Origin: Candidatus Latescibacterota bacterium
GTDB taxonomy: Bacteria; Latescibacterota; UBA2968; UBA8231
NCBI GenBank assembly: GCA_965242865.1
Contig: CBDETK010000013.1
Span: forward strand, 1,824,001-1,888,000
Length of the DNA stretch: 64,000 bases
Reading direction: 5' to 3'
Both the position numbers and the translations under genes were made by a program. The notes under the pieces were generated by a model that was not told the DNA's origin, did not search any database, and saw only the letters and a program-made list of their open reading frames with translations. The first letter of the stretch is position 1, and the number at the start of each line of letters is the position of its first letter. Below are positions 48,478 to 58,348 of the stretch, one piece after another.

Positions 48478-51400
48478 CTAGCTCCCTAGCTCCTCTTGAA
48501 CAAAGACCTTTTTGATCCACACCAGAATGGCCGCGTTGACCACGAAGACCGCAGCGTAAATTAGCTGAACCGTCTCGTGGGGGATCAGCGAGAACCCGAG
48601 GCTGGCCCCGGTGAAAATCGTCAGGGCGACCACGCCGGCACACACCACTGAAAACGCCAAGCCGGCCTGCCAAGCCCACGCCGCATGCCGATAGAGGCCG
48701 TAGCCAATAGCGGCCGAGGCCAAGGCCGCGATCAATTTGACCTCCCCCTCAAACACCGACCCCTCGCTGGTGGCAATGATGCCGCTGATGAAGAAAAACG
48801 TCGCGTTGCCCCAAAAGGTGTACACCAGCCACGAGACAAACCCATCGGCGTAGGTCTGATAGCCGCGCCTGAGCACCATGACCAAGCCCGACAACGCGAC
48901 CGCAAAGGGCACGATGAACACCGAGATCCACAGAATGACCGCGCCCTGATTGCCGATCAGGTTGATGGGGTTAAAGGCGGGCTGCTTGTCGGCGATGGTG
49001 AGGCGGTCTTCGTCCTCGGTCAGCCAGCGGACGTTGCCGATGAATAGCTCGCCATTGGCCTGCTGGGCAAAGTACTGGTTGGAGGCAAAGTCTGAGTCGC
49101 CGATGACCACCAAGCGCGTCCGTCCCTCGGGCGCCAAGCTGGTATCGACGGCCGCGGAGACCGCCATGCCCAGCGGCACCGGGCCGCGCAGGTCCGCTTC
49201 TGGGTCGAATGCCACCTCGCCGCCCTCGCCCACGATGGGCGCGAGGTCGGTTTCACCCCAACTGTTTTTGTGGGTGTACGCCAACGCGGCAAGGTCCGGG
49301 TCTTTGACTTTGAGCCGGTGCTCGGTCGGCTGCACCGAGCGCGCCAGCGGGAAGAAGGTCATCATCCCTGCGGATAGCTCTTGGGTGATCGGGTGATCGC
49401 CGTAGTTGATGACCACCGGCACAGAGGCCTCCGCGCCAAACAGCTGGCCCAAGCCGCTCAGATCGACGACAAAGTCCTGCCCCAACGCAATCGAGTACTC
49501 GTTCAACAGCGCTTCGAGCCCGGTCGGCTGGCCCGGGTCGAGCAACAACAGCGCCCGGCCCCCGCGTGCCAAGTATTGCCGCAGCACCTCGGCTTCGGCC
49601 GCGGCAAAGCGCTCGGTTGGCCCCAAAACCACCACCAACGTGGCGTCGTCCGGCACGGGCTCGGCCAGCGTCAGCTCTTCCTCGACCGCGAAGTTGAGCT
49701 CCTTGAGGCGGCCCTTGAGGGTGGAATAGCCCTGCTCATCGACCTGATCCAACTCGGCCTCGCCGTGGCCGCTGGTGAAATAGGCCCTTAGTTCGCGGCC
49801 CTTGAGCGCCTTGAGAATGGCGTTGCTGAGCGCCTCCTCGCTCTGGGCGGTAATGCGCTCGGTGCGCACCTGCCCTTCGTCGATCACCTCGACAATCGAG
49901 GTCCCGCGCTCGCGGATGTTGTTTTGCTCGACGCGCAGCCGGTTTTTCTGCGGATCGAGCAGCTCGTAATCAAAGTGGGGCGACACATAGCGGTACTCCC
50001 TCAACAAATCCTCAAAGCGCACGTTCTCCAGCTCGCCCATGAAGGTCTTGACGTGGACGTACTGGCCGTTGGCTTGGAGCGGCTCGAGCAGCCGGTGGGT
50101 GTCGCCGGAGAGCGTGAAGAGCGCGTCGGCCGTCATGTCCTTGCGGAAGTGATAGCGGTCGCCGAGGAAGTTGACCAGCGCGGCAATGCCGAGCGAAATC
50201 ACAATGCCCAGCCCGGCCGCGCTCAAGTCGGCCAAGCTCCAGCGCCCCTTGCGCGAGACGACCGCAATGCCGACCAAGGCGATCAGCCCCGGGTAGAGCA
50301 CCACGCTGAGCCAGAAAATCCACTCGCTGTCGCTTTCGGTCAGGGCGATGGGGTTGTGGCCCGGCTCGCGGGGGCGAATCGAGATCAGGGCCTCGTCTTC
50401 GGCCAGCCAGCTCAGCGCGTTGAGCACCAAGTCTCCGTTGCCTTGGACGCCGAAGTACTGGTTGGTGGCAAAGTCCGAATCCCCAAAGACCACTAAGCGG
50501 CCCCCGGCCGCGGGGTCGCGGGCTGCGACCGCCAAAGACACCGGCCCGGGCTGATCGACGCCTTCGTCGAGCTTGACCGTCTGGTTGCCTTCGCCGGTGA
50601 GGACGCTCAAGTCGGTTTCGGCCCAACCGGCCTCTGAGGTCTGGACCAGCGTGGCCCCCTCGCGGCCAACCTCCTCGTCAAAATGCACTGAGCGCCCGAG
50701 CTGGAAGAAGGTCATCAGCCCCTCGTGCTTGCGCGTGACCGGATGGTCGCCGTAGGAGAGGGCGACTGGCGTGGTAAAATCGAGGCCAAAGAGCGAGCCA
50801 ATCCCGCTGGTGTCGATGACGAAGTCGTCGCCGACCGCCACGCCCCACTCGCTCAACAGCTCCTCTAAGCCGCTGTCGGCGAGCGGGTCCAAGAGCAAGA
50901 GCAAGGCTCCGCCTGCTGCTAGGTACGAGCGGATGGCTTCGACCTCCCCCGGAAAGAAGGGCGTGCGCGGGCCTGCGACCACGAGCACGGCGCAATTTTG
51001 CGGCACCGCCCCCTCGCGGGCGAGGAAGAGCGAATCTTCAACCGCGTAGTCGATCTCGCCCAACTGGGCCTGCAACTGGGCCAGCCCATCGGGTTGGTTG
51101 GCGAGCTGGCGCTCGCCGTGCCCCACCGTCAGGTAAATTCGGTCTTGGCGCTCGCGCGTCAGCTTGAGCAACGAGTTGACGATCTCGCGCTCTTCGAGCT
51201 CGGTGATTTGCTGTTGTTTGTCGCCGCTTTCCAATACCAGCGTGTCGTAGCGGCGGATGCCGTAGTCCTCGGTGCGGCCCGGGTCGCGGTCTGGATCGAT
51301 GAATTCGTAGCTGAAGCGGGTGTTGTACGTCTCCAGCTCGGCCAGCAGCAGCTCGAGCTCGGGGTTTTCTCCGCCCTCCATAAAGGCGAGGGCGTGGACA

Positions 51401-51738
51401 TCCCGGTCGAGGGCCTTGAGCGTCTCCACCGTGAGGTCGGCGAGGCTGTGCAGCTGGCCCTCGGTCAAGTCGAAGCGCTCGGGATAGCGGTTGCCCAAAA
51501 AATTGACCATGGCCACAATGCCAAAGACCATGATGCCGCCCCAAAACGCGTTGAGCCAGCGGCCGTACTGGCGGAAGAGCGCCGGGTTAAACAGCCCGGC
51601 CGCGGCCACCATCAGGACGCCGAGGGCCGCATTAAAAAGCCCGGCCGAGCCGCTCTCGGGGTTGAGCAGGTAGGCCAAGCCACCGGCGACGATTAGTGCT
51701 GCGCCGGCCAAGCCCAAGGGCGTGGTATATGCCTTCAT
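48478..51738 (-). CDS. GldG-family ABC auxiliary protein with two tandem GldG modules
   Basis: GHGE, YGDHP and (F/I)GDSDFA.NQYF each occur twice. The start may be 51738 or 51753. Confidence 0.85.
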   Translation of the reverse strand: MKAYTTPLGLAGAALIVAGGLAYLLNPESGSAGLFNAALGVLMVAAAGLFNPALFRQYGRWLNAFWGGIMVFGIVAMVNFLGNRYPERFDLTEGQLHSLADLTVETLKALDRDVHALAFMEGGENPELELLLAELETYNTRFSYEFIDPDRDPGRTEDYGIRRYDTLVLESGDKQQQITELEEREIVNSLLKLTRERQDRIYLTVGHGERQLANQPDGLAQLQAQLGEIDYAVEDSLFLAREGAVPQNCAVLVVAGPRTPFFPGEVEAIRSYLAAGGALLLLLDPLADSGLEELLSEWGVAVGDDFVIDTSGIGSLFGLDFTTPVALSYGDHPVTRKHEGLMTFFQLGRSVHFDEEVGREGATLVQTSEAGWAETDLSVLTGEGNQTVKLDEGVDQPGPVSLAVAARDPAAGGRLVVFGDSDFATNQYFGVQGNGDLVLNALSWLAEDEALISIRPREPGHNPIALTESDSEWIFWLSVVLYPGLIALVGIAVVSRKGRWSLADLSAAGLGIVISLGIAALVNFLGDRYHFRKDMTADALFTLSGDTHRLLEPLQANGQYVHVKTFMGELENVRFEDLLREYRYVSPHFDYELLDPQKNRLRVEQNNIRERGTSIVEVIDEGQVRTERITAQSEEALSNAILKALKGRELRAYFTSGHGEAELDQVDEQGYSTLKGRLKELNFAVEEELTLAEPVPDDATLVVVLGPTERFAAAEAEVLRQYLARGGRALLLLDPGQPTGLEALLNEYSIALGQDFVVDLSGLGQLFGAEASVPVVINYGDHPITQELSAGMMTFFPLARSVQPTEHRLKVKDPDLAALAYTHKNSWGETDLAPIVGEGGEVAFDPEADLRGPVPLGMAVSAAVDTSLAPEGRTRLVVIGDSDFASNQYFAQQANGELFIGNVRWLTEDEDRLTIADKQPAFNPINLIGNQGAVILWISVFIVPFAVALSGLVMVLRRGYQTYADGFVSWLVYTFWGNATFFFISGIIATSEGSVFEGEVKLIAALASAAIGYGLYRHAAWAWQAGLAFSVVCAGVVALTIFTGASLGFSLIPHETVQLIYAAVFVVNAAILVWIKKVFVQEELGS

Positions 51739-51740
51739 GC

Positions 51741-52523
51741 TCAGCGCCTCCATCGCCGCGATTCAATGACGCGCGTGGTCAAAAACAGGCAGAAAAAGGT
51801 AAAGCTCAGGTAGAACACCACGTCTTTGGTGTCGATGACCCCGCGCTGGAAATCTTCGAGGTGGTCTATAAAGGAGAGGTACTGCAGGATTTTGGCGGCC
51901 GTGGGACCGGCAAAGCTAGCCGACCAGTCGATCAGCCAGAACAGGAGCAACATGCCAAAGGTCAGCAGCACGGCGACGATTTGGTTTTCGGTCAGCGCTG
52001 AGGCCAAGATGCCCACGGCGATAAAGGTCGCGCCTAAAAACAAGTAGCCGAGGTAGCCGGAAAAAATCGGCCCCCAGTCGGGCGAGCCGTACACTTCGAG
52101 AATGACGAAGTAAATCAGCGTCAGGCTGACGATGATGCCGTAGAGCGAAAAGCAGGCGAGAAACTTGCCCAGCATCACTTCGACGGTGCGCAGCGGCGAG
52201 GTCATCAGCAATTCGATGGTGCCGGATTTTTTCTCCTCGGCAAACAGCCGCATGGTCAGCATGGGGATGACCAAGAGCCATATAAAGTCCATGACCGCGA
52301 AGAATTGGGTGATGACCATCTCGTTGAGATTGAGGGCTGGCATCCCTCCCATGCCCATCTGCGCCCGCTGGCCAAACTGCAAGCACCAGAGGTTGAACTG
52401 CATCAGAATGTTGCGAAACAAATAGCCCGAGAGAAACAGGAAAACGCCGGCGATCACGTAAGCGACCGGCGAAACAAAATAGGAGCGCATCTCCTTGGTG
52501 TACACGGCGGCAAAATTACGCAT
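51741..52523 (-). CDS. ABC-2 type permease (GldF-like)
   Basis: KEMRSYFVSPVAY, TMRLFAEEKKSGTIELLMTSP, LTENQIVA. Confidence 0.9.
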   Translation of the reverse strand: MRNFAAVYTKEMRSYFVSPVAYVIAGVFLFLSGYLFRNILMQFNLWCLQFGQRAQMGMGGMPALNLNEMVITQFFAVMDFIWLLVIPMLTMRLFAEEKKSGTIELLMTSPLRTVEVMLGKFLACFSLYGIIVSLTLIYFVILEVYGSPDWGPIFSGYLGYLFLGATFIAVGILASALTENQIVAVLLTFGMLLLFWLIDWSASFAGPTAAKILQYLSFIDHLEDFQRGVIDTKDVVFYLSFTFFCLFLTTRVIESRRWRR

Positions 52524-53456
52524 TTAAGCTGCTACCTCCTCGCTAGTCAGGCTCAGGAAAATGTCTTCGAGGGTCATGTCGAGCGGCCGCAACTCGCGGA
52601 GGCTGAAGCCGCTTTCCACCACCTTGCGGGTCAGGTCGTCGCGCACATCCGCGCCGGGGGTGCTCGTCACTACGTACGCGCCCTCCTCGCCGCTCGCTTC
52701 AACCTCTAGGACGCCTTCGAGCTGGCCGATCATGCCCAGCACTTGCTCGCTGGGGCCGTCGATGTGCGCGGACAGCACCTCGCCCTCTTTGAGCTGGGCC
52801 ATGAGGCTTTCGGGCGTCCCCTGACCGGCGATGCGGCCGTTGTTGATGATCGCCAGTTGCCCGCAGGTCATGCTCACCTCCGGCAGGATGTGGGTGCTGA
52901 GAATGACCGTGTGGTCGCCGCCCAGCCCCTTGATGACCTCGCGGATTTCGATGATCTGCTTGGGGTCGAGGCCCACCGTGGGCTCGTCGAGGATGAGCAC
53001 CTCGGGCTCGTGGACGAGGGCTTGGGCCAACCCGACGCGCTGGCGATAGCCCTTGGACAGGTGGCCGATCACCGTGTGGCGGTGGTGAGCGATGCCGGTT
53101 TTTTCCATGGTGTCGTCAATTTGGCTGTTGAGTGCTGCGCTGGGTACGCCCTTGATTTTGGCCACGAAGCGCAGGTAAGCGTTTACCGTCATGTCGTGGT
53201 AGAGCGGGGGCTGCTCGGGCAGGTAGCCAATGCGCTTGCGCACCTCTATGGACTCTTCGACCACGTCGAAACCAGCGACTTTGGCCTCGCCCTGCGAAGG
53301 GGGTAGATAACAGGTGAGCATGCGCATCGTCGTGGTCTTGCCGGCGCCATTCGGCCCGAGGAACCCGAGGATGACGCCCTTGTCAACGCTGAAGGAGACA
53401 TTCTCCACGGCGACGACATCTCCGTAGTGTTTGGACAGCTCGCGTACTTCAATCAC
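52524..53456 (-). CDS. ABC transporter ATP-binding protein (GldA-like)
   Basis: GPNGAGKTT, LSKGYRQRVGLAQA, LDEPTVGLDPKQI. Confidence 0.92.
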   Translation of the reverse strand: MIEVRELSKHYGDVVAVENVSFSVDKGVILGFLGPNGAGKTTTMRMLTCYLPPSQGEAKVAGFDVVEESIEVRKRIGYLPEQPPLYHDMTVNAYLRFVAKIKGVPSAALNSQIDDTMEKTGIAHHRHTVIGHLSKGYRQRVGLAQALVHEPEVLILDEPTVGLDPKQIIEIREVIKGLGGDHTVILSTHILPEVSMTCGQLAIINNGRIAGQGTPESLMAQLKEGEVLSAHIDGPSEQVLGMIGQLEGVLEVEASGEEGAYVVTSTPGADVRDDLTRKVVESGFSLRELRPLDMTLEDIFLSLTSEEVAA

Positions 53457-53468
53457 CGCATTTCCTCC

Positions 53469-54344
53469 TTAGTGCCGCTGCATCCGCGTGCGAAAAAAGT
53501 GAATGAGGGGTTCGACGTACGGGCGCGACAGGTCGATCTCGATTTGGTCGACGCCCGCTTTGTGCAATAGGGTGCTGCGGTGCTCGGCCGCGGCCTGCTG
53601 TTCGGCGGCGAAAAACGCACGCACGCCCTCGTGGCCGCTATCGACGAGCACTTGTTGGCCGGTCTCGGCGTCTTGCAGGTTGATGAAACCAACATCGGGT
53701 AGGGCCGCCTCGCGGGGGTCGCTCACCACCACGGCGATCAGGTCGTGGCGTTGGCTCAAGTGCCGCAGCGCCGGCTCATAGCCTTGGTCGAGAAAGTCGG
53801 AGATGACGAAGACCACGCTGCGGCGGTGCAGGACGCGGCTGAGGTATTCCAAGGCCCCGGCAATGGAGGTCTGACGCCCCTGCGGCTGAAAGTACAGCAG
53901 CTCGCGCAACACGCGCAACACGTGCTTGCGCCCCTTTTTCGGGGGCACGAACACCTCGACCTCGTCCGTGAAGATGAGCAGGCCCACTCGGTCGTTGTTC
54001 TGAATCGCGCTAAAGGCCAACAGCGCCGAAACCTCAACCCCGACTTCCCCCTTCATCTGCTGCTGCGAGCCAAAGGCCCCGGACGCGCTGGCATCGACCA
54101 CCAGCATGGCGGTCAACTCGCGCTCCTCGTCGAATATTTTGACGAAGGGCGCGCCCACCCGCGCGGTCACGTTCCAGTCGATGTGGCGCACATCGTCGCC
54201 GGGCTGGTATTCGCGCGCCTCGGCAAACTCCATGCCTCGGCCCTTAAACGCCGAATGGTATTCGCCGGCAAAGAGGTTGTTCACCATGCTGCGGGTGTGA
54301 ATCTCAATCAGGCGAACTTTGTCGAGTATCTCTTTGGGAATCAC
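53469..54344 (-). CDS. DUF58-domain protein
   Basis: GEYHSAFKGRGMEF, REYQPGDD, IDWNVTAR, ISDF. Confidence 0.92.
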   Translation of the reverse strand: MIPKEILDKVRLIEIHTRSMVNNLFAGEYHSAFKGRGMEFAEAREYQPGDDVRHIDWNVTARVGAPFVKIFDEERELTAMLVVDASASGAFGSQQQMKGEVGVEVSALLAFSAIQNNDRVGLLIFTDEVEVFVPPKKGRKHVLRVLRELLYFQPQGRQTSIAGALEYLSRVLHRRSVVFVISDFLDQGYEPALRHLSQRHDLIAVVVSDPREAALPDVGFINLQDAETGQQVLVDSGHEGVRAFFAAEQQAAAEHRSTLLHKAGVDQIEIDLSRPYVEPLIHFFRTRMQRH

Positions 54345-54361
54345 CGCTCGGCTCGCCTAAG

Positions 54362-55360
54362 CTAGGGCACTTCGATGTGGTCAAAGAGCTGCTGCACGAT
54401 GCGATCGCTGTCGATTTCCTCGGCCTCGGCCTCGTACGAGACGATGATCCGATGCCGGAGCACATCCGCCCCCACGGCCTTGACGTCTTCTGGGGTGACG
54501 TAGCCGCGCCGCTGGATGAAGGCGTGGGCGCGGGCCGTGCGGACGAGGAAGATAGCGGCCCGCGGCGAGGCCCCGTACTCGATCAGCGGAGCCATGTCGG
54601 CCAACCCATAGTCGGCCGGGCGTCGGGTCGCTTGGACGAGATCGACGACGTAATCCTTGATCTTGTCGTCGATATAGACGATCTCCACCACCTCGCGCAG
54701 GCGGCGGATTTGGTCGATGCTCACCGCTTGCTCCACCGCAATCGGGCTGTCGTTGGCCATGCGATCCAATATCAGCCGCTCCTCAGTGCGCGACGGATAA
54801 TCGACTTTTACTTTGAGCATGAAGCGATCGATCTGCGCCTCGGGCAGGGGGTACGTTCCCTCTTGATCAATCGGGTTCTGGGTGGCCATGACCAAGAACG
54901 GGTCGTCGAGTGGATAGGTTTCCTCGCCGATGGTCACCTGCCGCTCTTGCATGCACTCCAAGAGCGCGCTCTGCACTTTGGCCGGGGCTCGGTTGATTTC
55001 GTCGGCCAAGATCAAATGGGCGAAGATCGGGCCTTTCTTGGGGATAAACGCCCCTTGGTGCTGGTTGTAGATGGTGGTCCCGGTCAGGTCGGCCGGCAAC
55101 AGATCCGGGGTAAACTGAATTCGCTTGAACCGGGCCGCCACGATGCGCGCCAGCGTCGCCACCGTCAGGGTCTTGGCGAGCCCGGGCACTCCTTCGAGGA
55201 GGATGTGGCCGTTGCACAACAGCCCCATCAGGATGCGCTCCACCATGGCGCGTTGGCCGACGATGACTCGGTCCATCTCCTGCAAGACGCGCTCTACCGT
55301 CGCGCTCTCGCGCTGGACCTGCTCGCTAATGGCGTGGATGTCTAGTGTTGGTTGCATCAT
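54362..55360 (-). CDS. moxR: MoxR-family AAA+ ATPase
   Basis: GVPGLAKT, RIQFTPDLLPAD, ADEINRA, ATQNP, GASPR. Confidence 0.93.
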   Translation of the reverse strand: MMQPTLDIHAISEQVQRESATVERVLQEMDRVIVGQRAMVERILMGLLCNGHILLEGVPGLAKTLTVATLARIVAARFKRIQFTPDLLPADLTGTTIYNQHQGAFIPKKGPIFAHLILADEINRAPAKVQSALLECMQERQVTIGEETYPLDDPFLVMATQNPIDQEGTYPLPEAQIDRFMLKVKVDYPSRTEERLILDRMANDSPIAVEQAVSIDQIRRLREVVEIVYIDDKIKDYVVDLVQATRRPADYGLADMAPLIEYGASPRAAIFLVRTARAHAFIQRRGYVTPEDVKAVGADVLRHRIIVSYEAEAEEIDSDRIVQQLFDHIEVP

Positions 55361-55380
55361 TCGCTATCTGCCTCGCCAAT

Positions 55381-55410
55381 AAAAAACCGCCCTGCGGATT
55401 CGCAAGCGGC
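55381..55410 (-). terminator. Candidate intrinsic terminator
   Basis: Minus strand gccgcttgcg-aatc-cgcagggcgg followed by a T6 tract, downstream of 55456-55947. Confidence 0.55.
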
Positions 55411-55455
55411 TGAGTCCCTCTGCCTCAAACCTTCTATGGCAACTTCGCAAGGTAC

Positions 55456-55947
55456 TTAGGGAACGGCGGCTTCGTCTTGAAATTGGACCCATTCTTGGGG
55501 GGCGCGCCCGACGTTGGGCAACAGGTGCTGGGCACTGACCGCGAGCTCGGAATCGGGGTAGTTGTCAATCACGCGCCGATAGGCCCGCCGCGCTTGCGCT
55601 AGATCGCGGATGTATTCCTCGTATATGAAGGCGATCATAAATTGGGCTTCGTCGCCGTGCCCGCTATCGGGGTATTCGGCCAACACGCGCTCGTAATGCC
55701 CGATGGCTTCCTGCATCTTCCCTTGCTGCTGGGCCAAGCCGGCGAGTTTTCTCAGGGCCTGTGGGGCTTGGGGCGATTCGGCAAAACGCTCGATAAATTC
55801 CGTAAAATGCGCGACCGCTTGGTCGGCCGTCGTCGGGTCGGCCGCCGCGGCCTCGCCGGCCGCGAACAGCTCCTCAGCGCTTGGTCGGCCGCACCCTCCT
55901 CCCCAAGACCCGACGATGAGAATTCCTAGTAGTATCCTCGACCACAT
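55456..55947 (-). CDS. TPR lipoprotein (BamD/CpoB-like)
   Basis: GGGC lipobox; repeated YPDS TPR ends. Confidence 0.75.
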   Translation of the reverse strand: MWSRILLGILIVGSWGGGCGRPSAEELFAAGEAAAADPTTADQAVAHFTEFIERFAESPQAPQALRKLAGLAQQQGKMQEAIGHYERVLAEYPDSGHGDEAQFMIAFIYEEYIRDLAQARRAYRRVIDNYPDSELAVSAQHLLPNVGRAPQEWVQFQDEAAVP

Positions 55948-55981
55948 ATACGTTTAACCACGCATGGCGTGGGCTGGTTCC

Positions 55982-56272
55982 TCAATCGGCTTTGGCGGCC
56001 TTGGCATCGCTCTTTTTGTCGGCCGCCGCGCTCTTGCTGCCGTCTTTGCTGTCTTTATCGGCCTTAGCGGCCTTTTGATAGCCATCGCTGCGATAGTCGG
56101 TAGTGTAAAAGCCGGCCCCCTTAAACAGCAGGCCGCCGCCGGTGCCGATGAGCCGCTTAACCGAGCCGGTGCAATTTGTTGCAGAGCAGGTCTGGCGCGG
56201 CGCGGCCGTGATGCTCTCGAACTCTTCAAATCGGTGGCCGCACTGCTGGCATTCGTATTCGTAGGTGGGCAT
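55982..56272 (-). CDS. FmdB-family zinc-ribbon protein
   Basis: MPTYEYECQQCGHRFE, second Cys pair, FKGAGFYTTDY. Confidence 0.9.
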   Translation of the reverse strand: MPTYEYECQQCGHRFEEFESITAAPRQTCSATNCTGSVKRLIGTGGGLLFKGAGFYTTDYRSDGYQKAAKADKDSKDGSKSAAADKKSDAKAAKAD

Positions 56273-56360
56273 AGCGTTGGCCTTGTTATAACTAAAAATA
56301 CGAATTTGATAATATAAATTAGGTCAACTAGGGACGCAATACTTGGGGCCGCGCCGCGCC

Positions 56361-58322
56361 CTACTCGGCGACGCCCATTTTCGGCAGATCGCCCGTGCCG
56401 AGGGAGCGCACCTTGTCGCGCTCAATTTTGAGCAAGGTCAAAGCGCTGTTGGAGCGCACGTCCGGCGCCAGGGAGATGACGCCCGAGGCGCCTTCGTAGA
56501 ACCGCACCGCGCCCAACCACTCGACCAGCGCGGCCGGGTCGCGGTGGCCCTGCTTCCAGCCGTCAATGAGCAAGCGGGTGGCGTCGTACCCGGCCGCGGC
56601 GTAGTGCGGGTCGCGGCGAAATTGCTTGCGGAAGGCATTGACAAACGACCGCTCGGCCGCGGACTCGGCCTGCCGCACGGAAACGAAAATGACCCCGTCG
56701 AAATTCTTGCGCTCGCCCGGCCCCATCTGCCGAATGGCTTCGGGATCCCACCAAGCATCGTTGCCGAGGACTTGGGTTTGCAAGCGGTGAAAATGCACTT
56801 GGGGCGCGATCGTCTTGGCGTCGGCAAAGCTCTCGACCACCACCACCACCCCGTCGATGGTGTCGATAAACATCTCCGCTGCGAGCGTTTCCTCGGCCAC
56901 TTCTAGGGTGTCTGGGGGGGGCGGCCGCAGCGCGAAACCGGCTTGGCGGATTTCCTCAAAGACGCGGCGAAAATCCTTGGTTTCGTTGGGGACATACCAA
57001 TCGCCGTGGGCGATCTGGCCGCCGTTGCGCTCGGCAATGCGGGTGAACTCGTGCGTGAAATCCCAGCCGTAGTCGCTGAGGGGGGCAATGACCACTAAGT
57101 GCTCCAAGCCGAGGACCAAGGTCGCGTACTCGGCCAAGAGACGCGCTTGTGTTTTTGGCACCGTGCTTAGCTGAAAGACGTTGCGGCCGAGCGCGTCCAA
57201 GCCGCTTTGTTGGGCCAGCGGCACCAACAGGGGAACGCCAGCGCGCTCGGCGACCGTGGCCGCGACCACGCTAGAGCTGCTAAAGAGCGGCCCGACGATG
57301 GCCACGACGCCGCGGTCCAGCAATTGCTGGGCACTGCGCGCCACGCGCAACAACCCACTGGCCGAGCTCTCGCTGACGTCGCCGCGGCGAGCCGTGCCGA
57401 TGGGCAAATTCCCGTAGTCAACCCCGGTGTCGGCGACGATCAGCTCAAAGGGACGGCCCGCTTCCCGATTGGCCAATTGGATCCCTTCGCGGAGCTCCGC
57501 GCCAATCCGGCGGTACGGCCCGGTCAACGGCAGCAGCAAGCCCAGCCGGGGCGGCCCCGCCTCCAGACGCCGGCGCGGGGCCGGGGCCGGCGGACCGCCC
57601 CCCCGGACGGCGACCGACGCGAAGATGCCGCTGGCCACGCTGTCGCGATAGGTCTGCATCGCCCCAGCCGCTTCCGCTTGCCAGCCGAGCCGCTGAAACC
57701 AGCGCGCCCGCCCAAAGAGCAGGGCCTCGCGCAGCCGCCCGGCCCCCACGGCCTGCCGCAGGCGCGTCAGCTCGCGTTCTTTTATCTGTTCGTTCCAATG
57801 CAGAGCCGCCAACCGCTCGGCCGCCTGAGCCTGAACGATGAGCGGGGCCGGCGTGGCCAGCAAACGACCGTACTGGGACGCGGCCTCTGGGTAGTGCTTG
57901 CGGCCGAAAAACGAATCGCCGATCAACAGCCGCGCATCGGGCAGGTAGCGGCTCATGGGAAATCGGCGCTGCAACACCAAAGCCGCGTCAATGGCCTCGG
58001 CAAAGCGGCCTAGGCGGTACAGGGTTTTCCCCAAGAGGAATTGACCGGCGCTGGACCGCTGGTTGAGCGGGAACTCGGCCAGCTGCTGCAGGTGGTTGAG
58101 CGCGTCGTCAAAACGCTCTTGTCGGTAGGCCGCAAGCCCGTTGCCAAAGATCGTTTCGGCGTCGGCCGAGTGCGGCCAGCTACGCGCCTGCCCTTCGGCC
58201 AGGGCCGGGGCCAGCACCACCGCGAGAACCGCGCCTGCGGAGCGAGCAATGGGCGCCAAAAAGGGACGCGGCCTAGGTTGTCCCCAGCGGAGCGGGCGAG
58301 TATATTTTTTACGCCACTGCAT
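56361..58322 (-). CDS. TPR plus LppC/periplasmic-binding-fold protein (LpoA-like)
   Basis: N-terminal TPRs; GLLLPLTG, IVGPLFS, AAGYDA, GASGVI. Start uncertain. Confidence 0.75.
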   Translation of the reverse strand: MQWRKKYTRPLRWGQPRPRPFLAPIARSAGAVLAVVLAPALAEGQARSWPHSADAETIFGNGLAAYRQERFDDALNHLQQLAEFPLNQRSSAGQFLLGKTLYRLGRFAEAIDAALVLQRRFPMSRYLPDARLLIGDSFFGRKHYPEAASQYGRLLATPAPLIVQAQAAERLAALHWNEQIKERELTRLRQAVGAGRLREALLFGRARWFQRLGWQAEAAGAMQTYRDSVASGIFASVAVRGGGPPAPAPRRRLEAGPPRLGLLLPLTGPYRRIGAELREGIQLANREAGRPFELIVADTGVDYGNLPIGTARRGDVSESSASGLLRVARSAQQLLDRGVVAIVGPLFSSSSVVAATVAERAGVPLLVPLAQQSGLDALGRNVFQLSTVPKTQARLLAEYATLVLGLEHLVVIAPLSDYGWDFTHEFTRIAERNGGQIAHGDWYVPNETKDFRRVFEEIRQAGFALRPPPPDTLEVAEETLAAEMFIDTIDGVVVVVESFADAKTIAPQVHFHRLQTQVLGNDAWWDPEAIRQMGPGERKNFDGVIFVSVRQAESAAERSFVNAFRKQFRRDPHYAAAGYDATRLLIDGWKQGHRDPAALVEWLGAVRFYEGASGVISLAPDVRSNSALTLLKIERDKVRSLGTGDLPKMGVAE

Positions 58323-58348
58323 TTCCAATTTTTCCTTTAGGTTAATAT

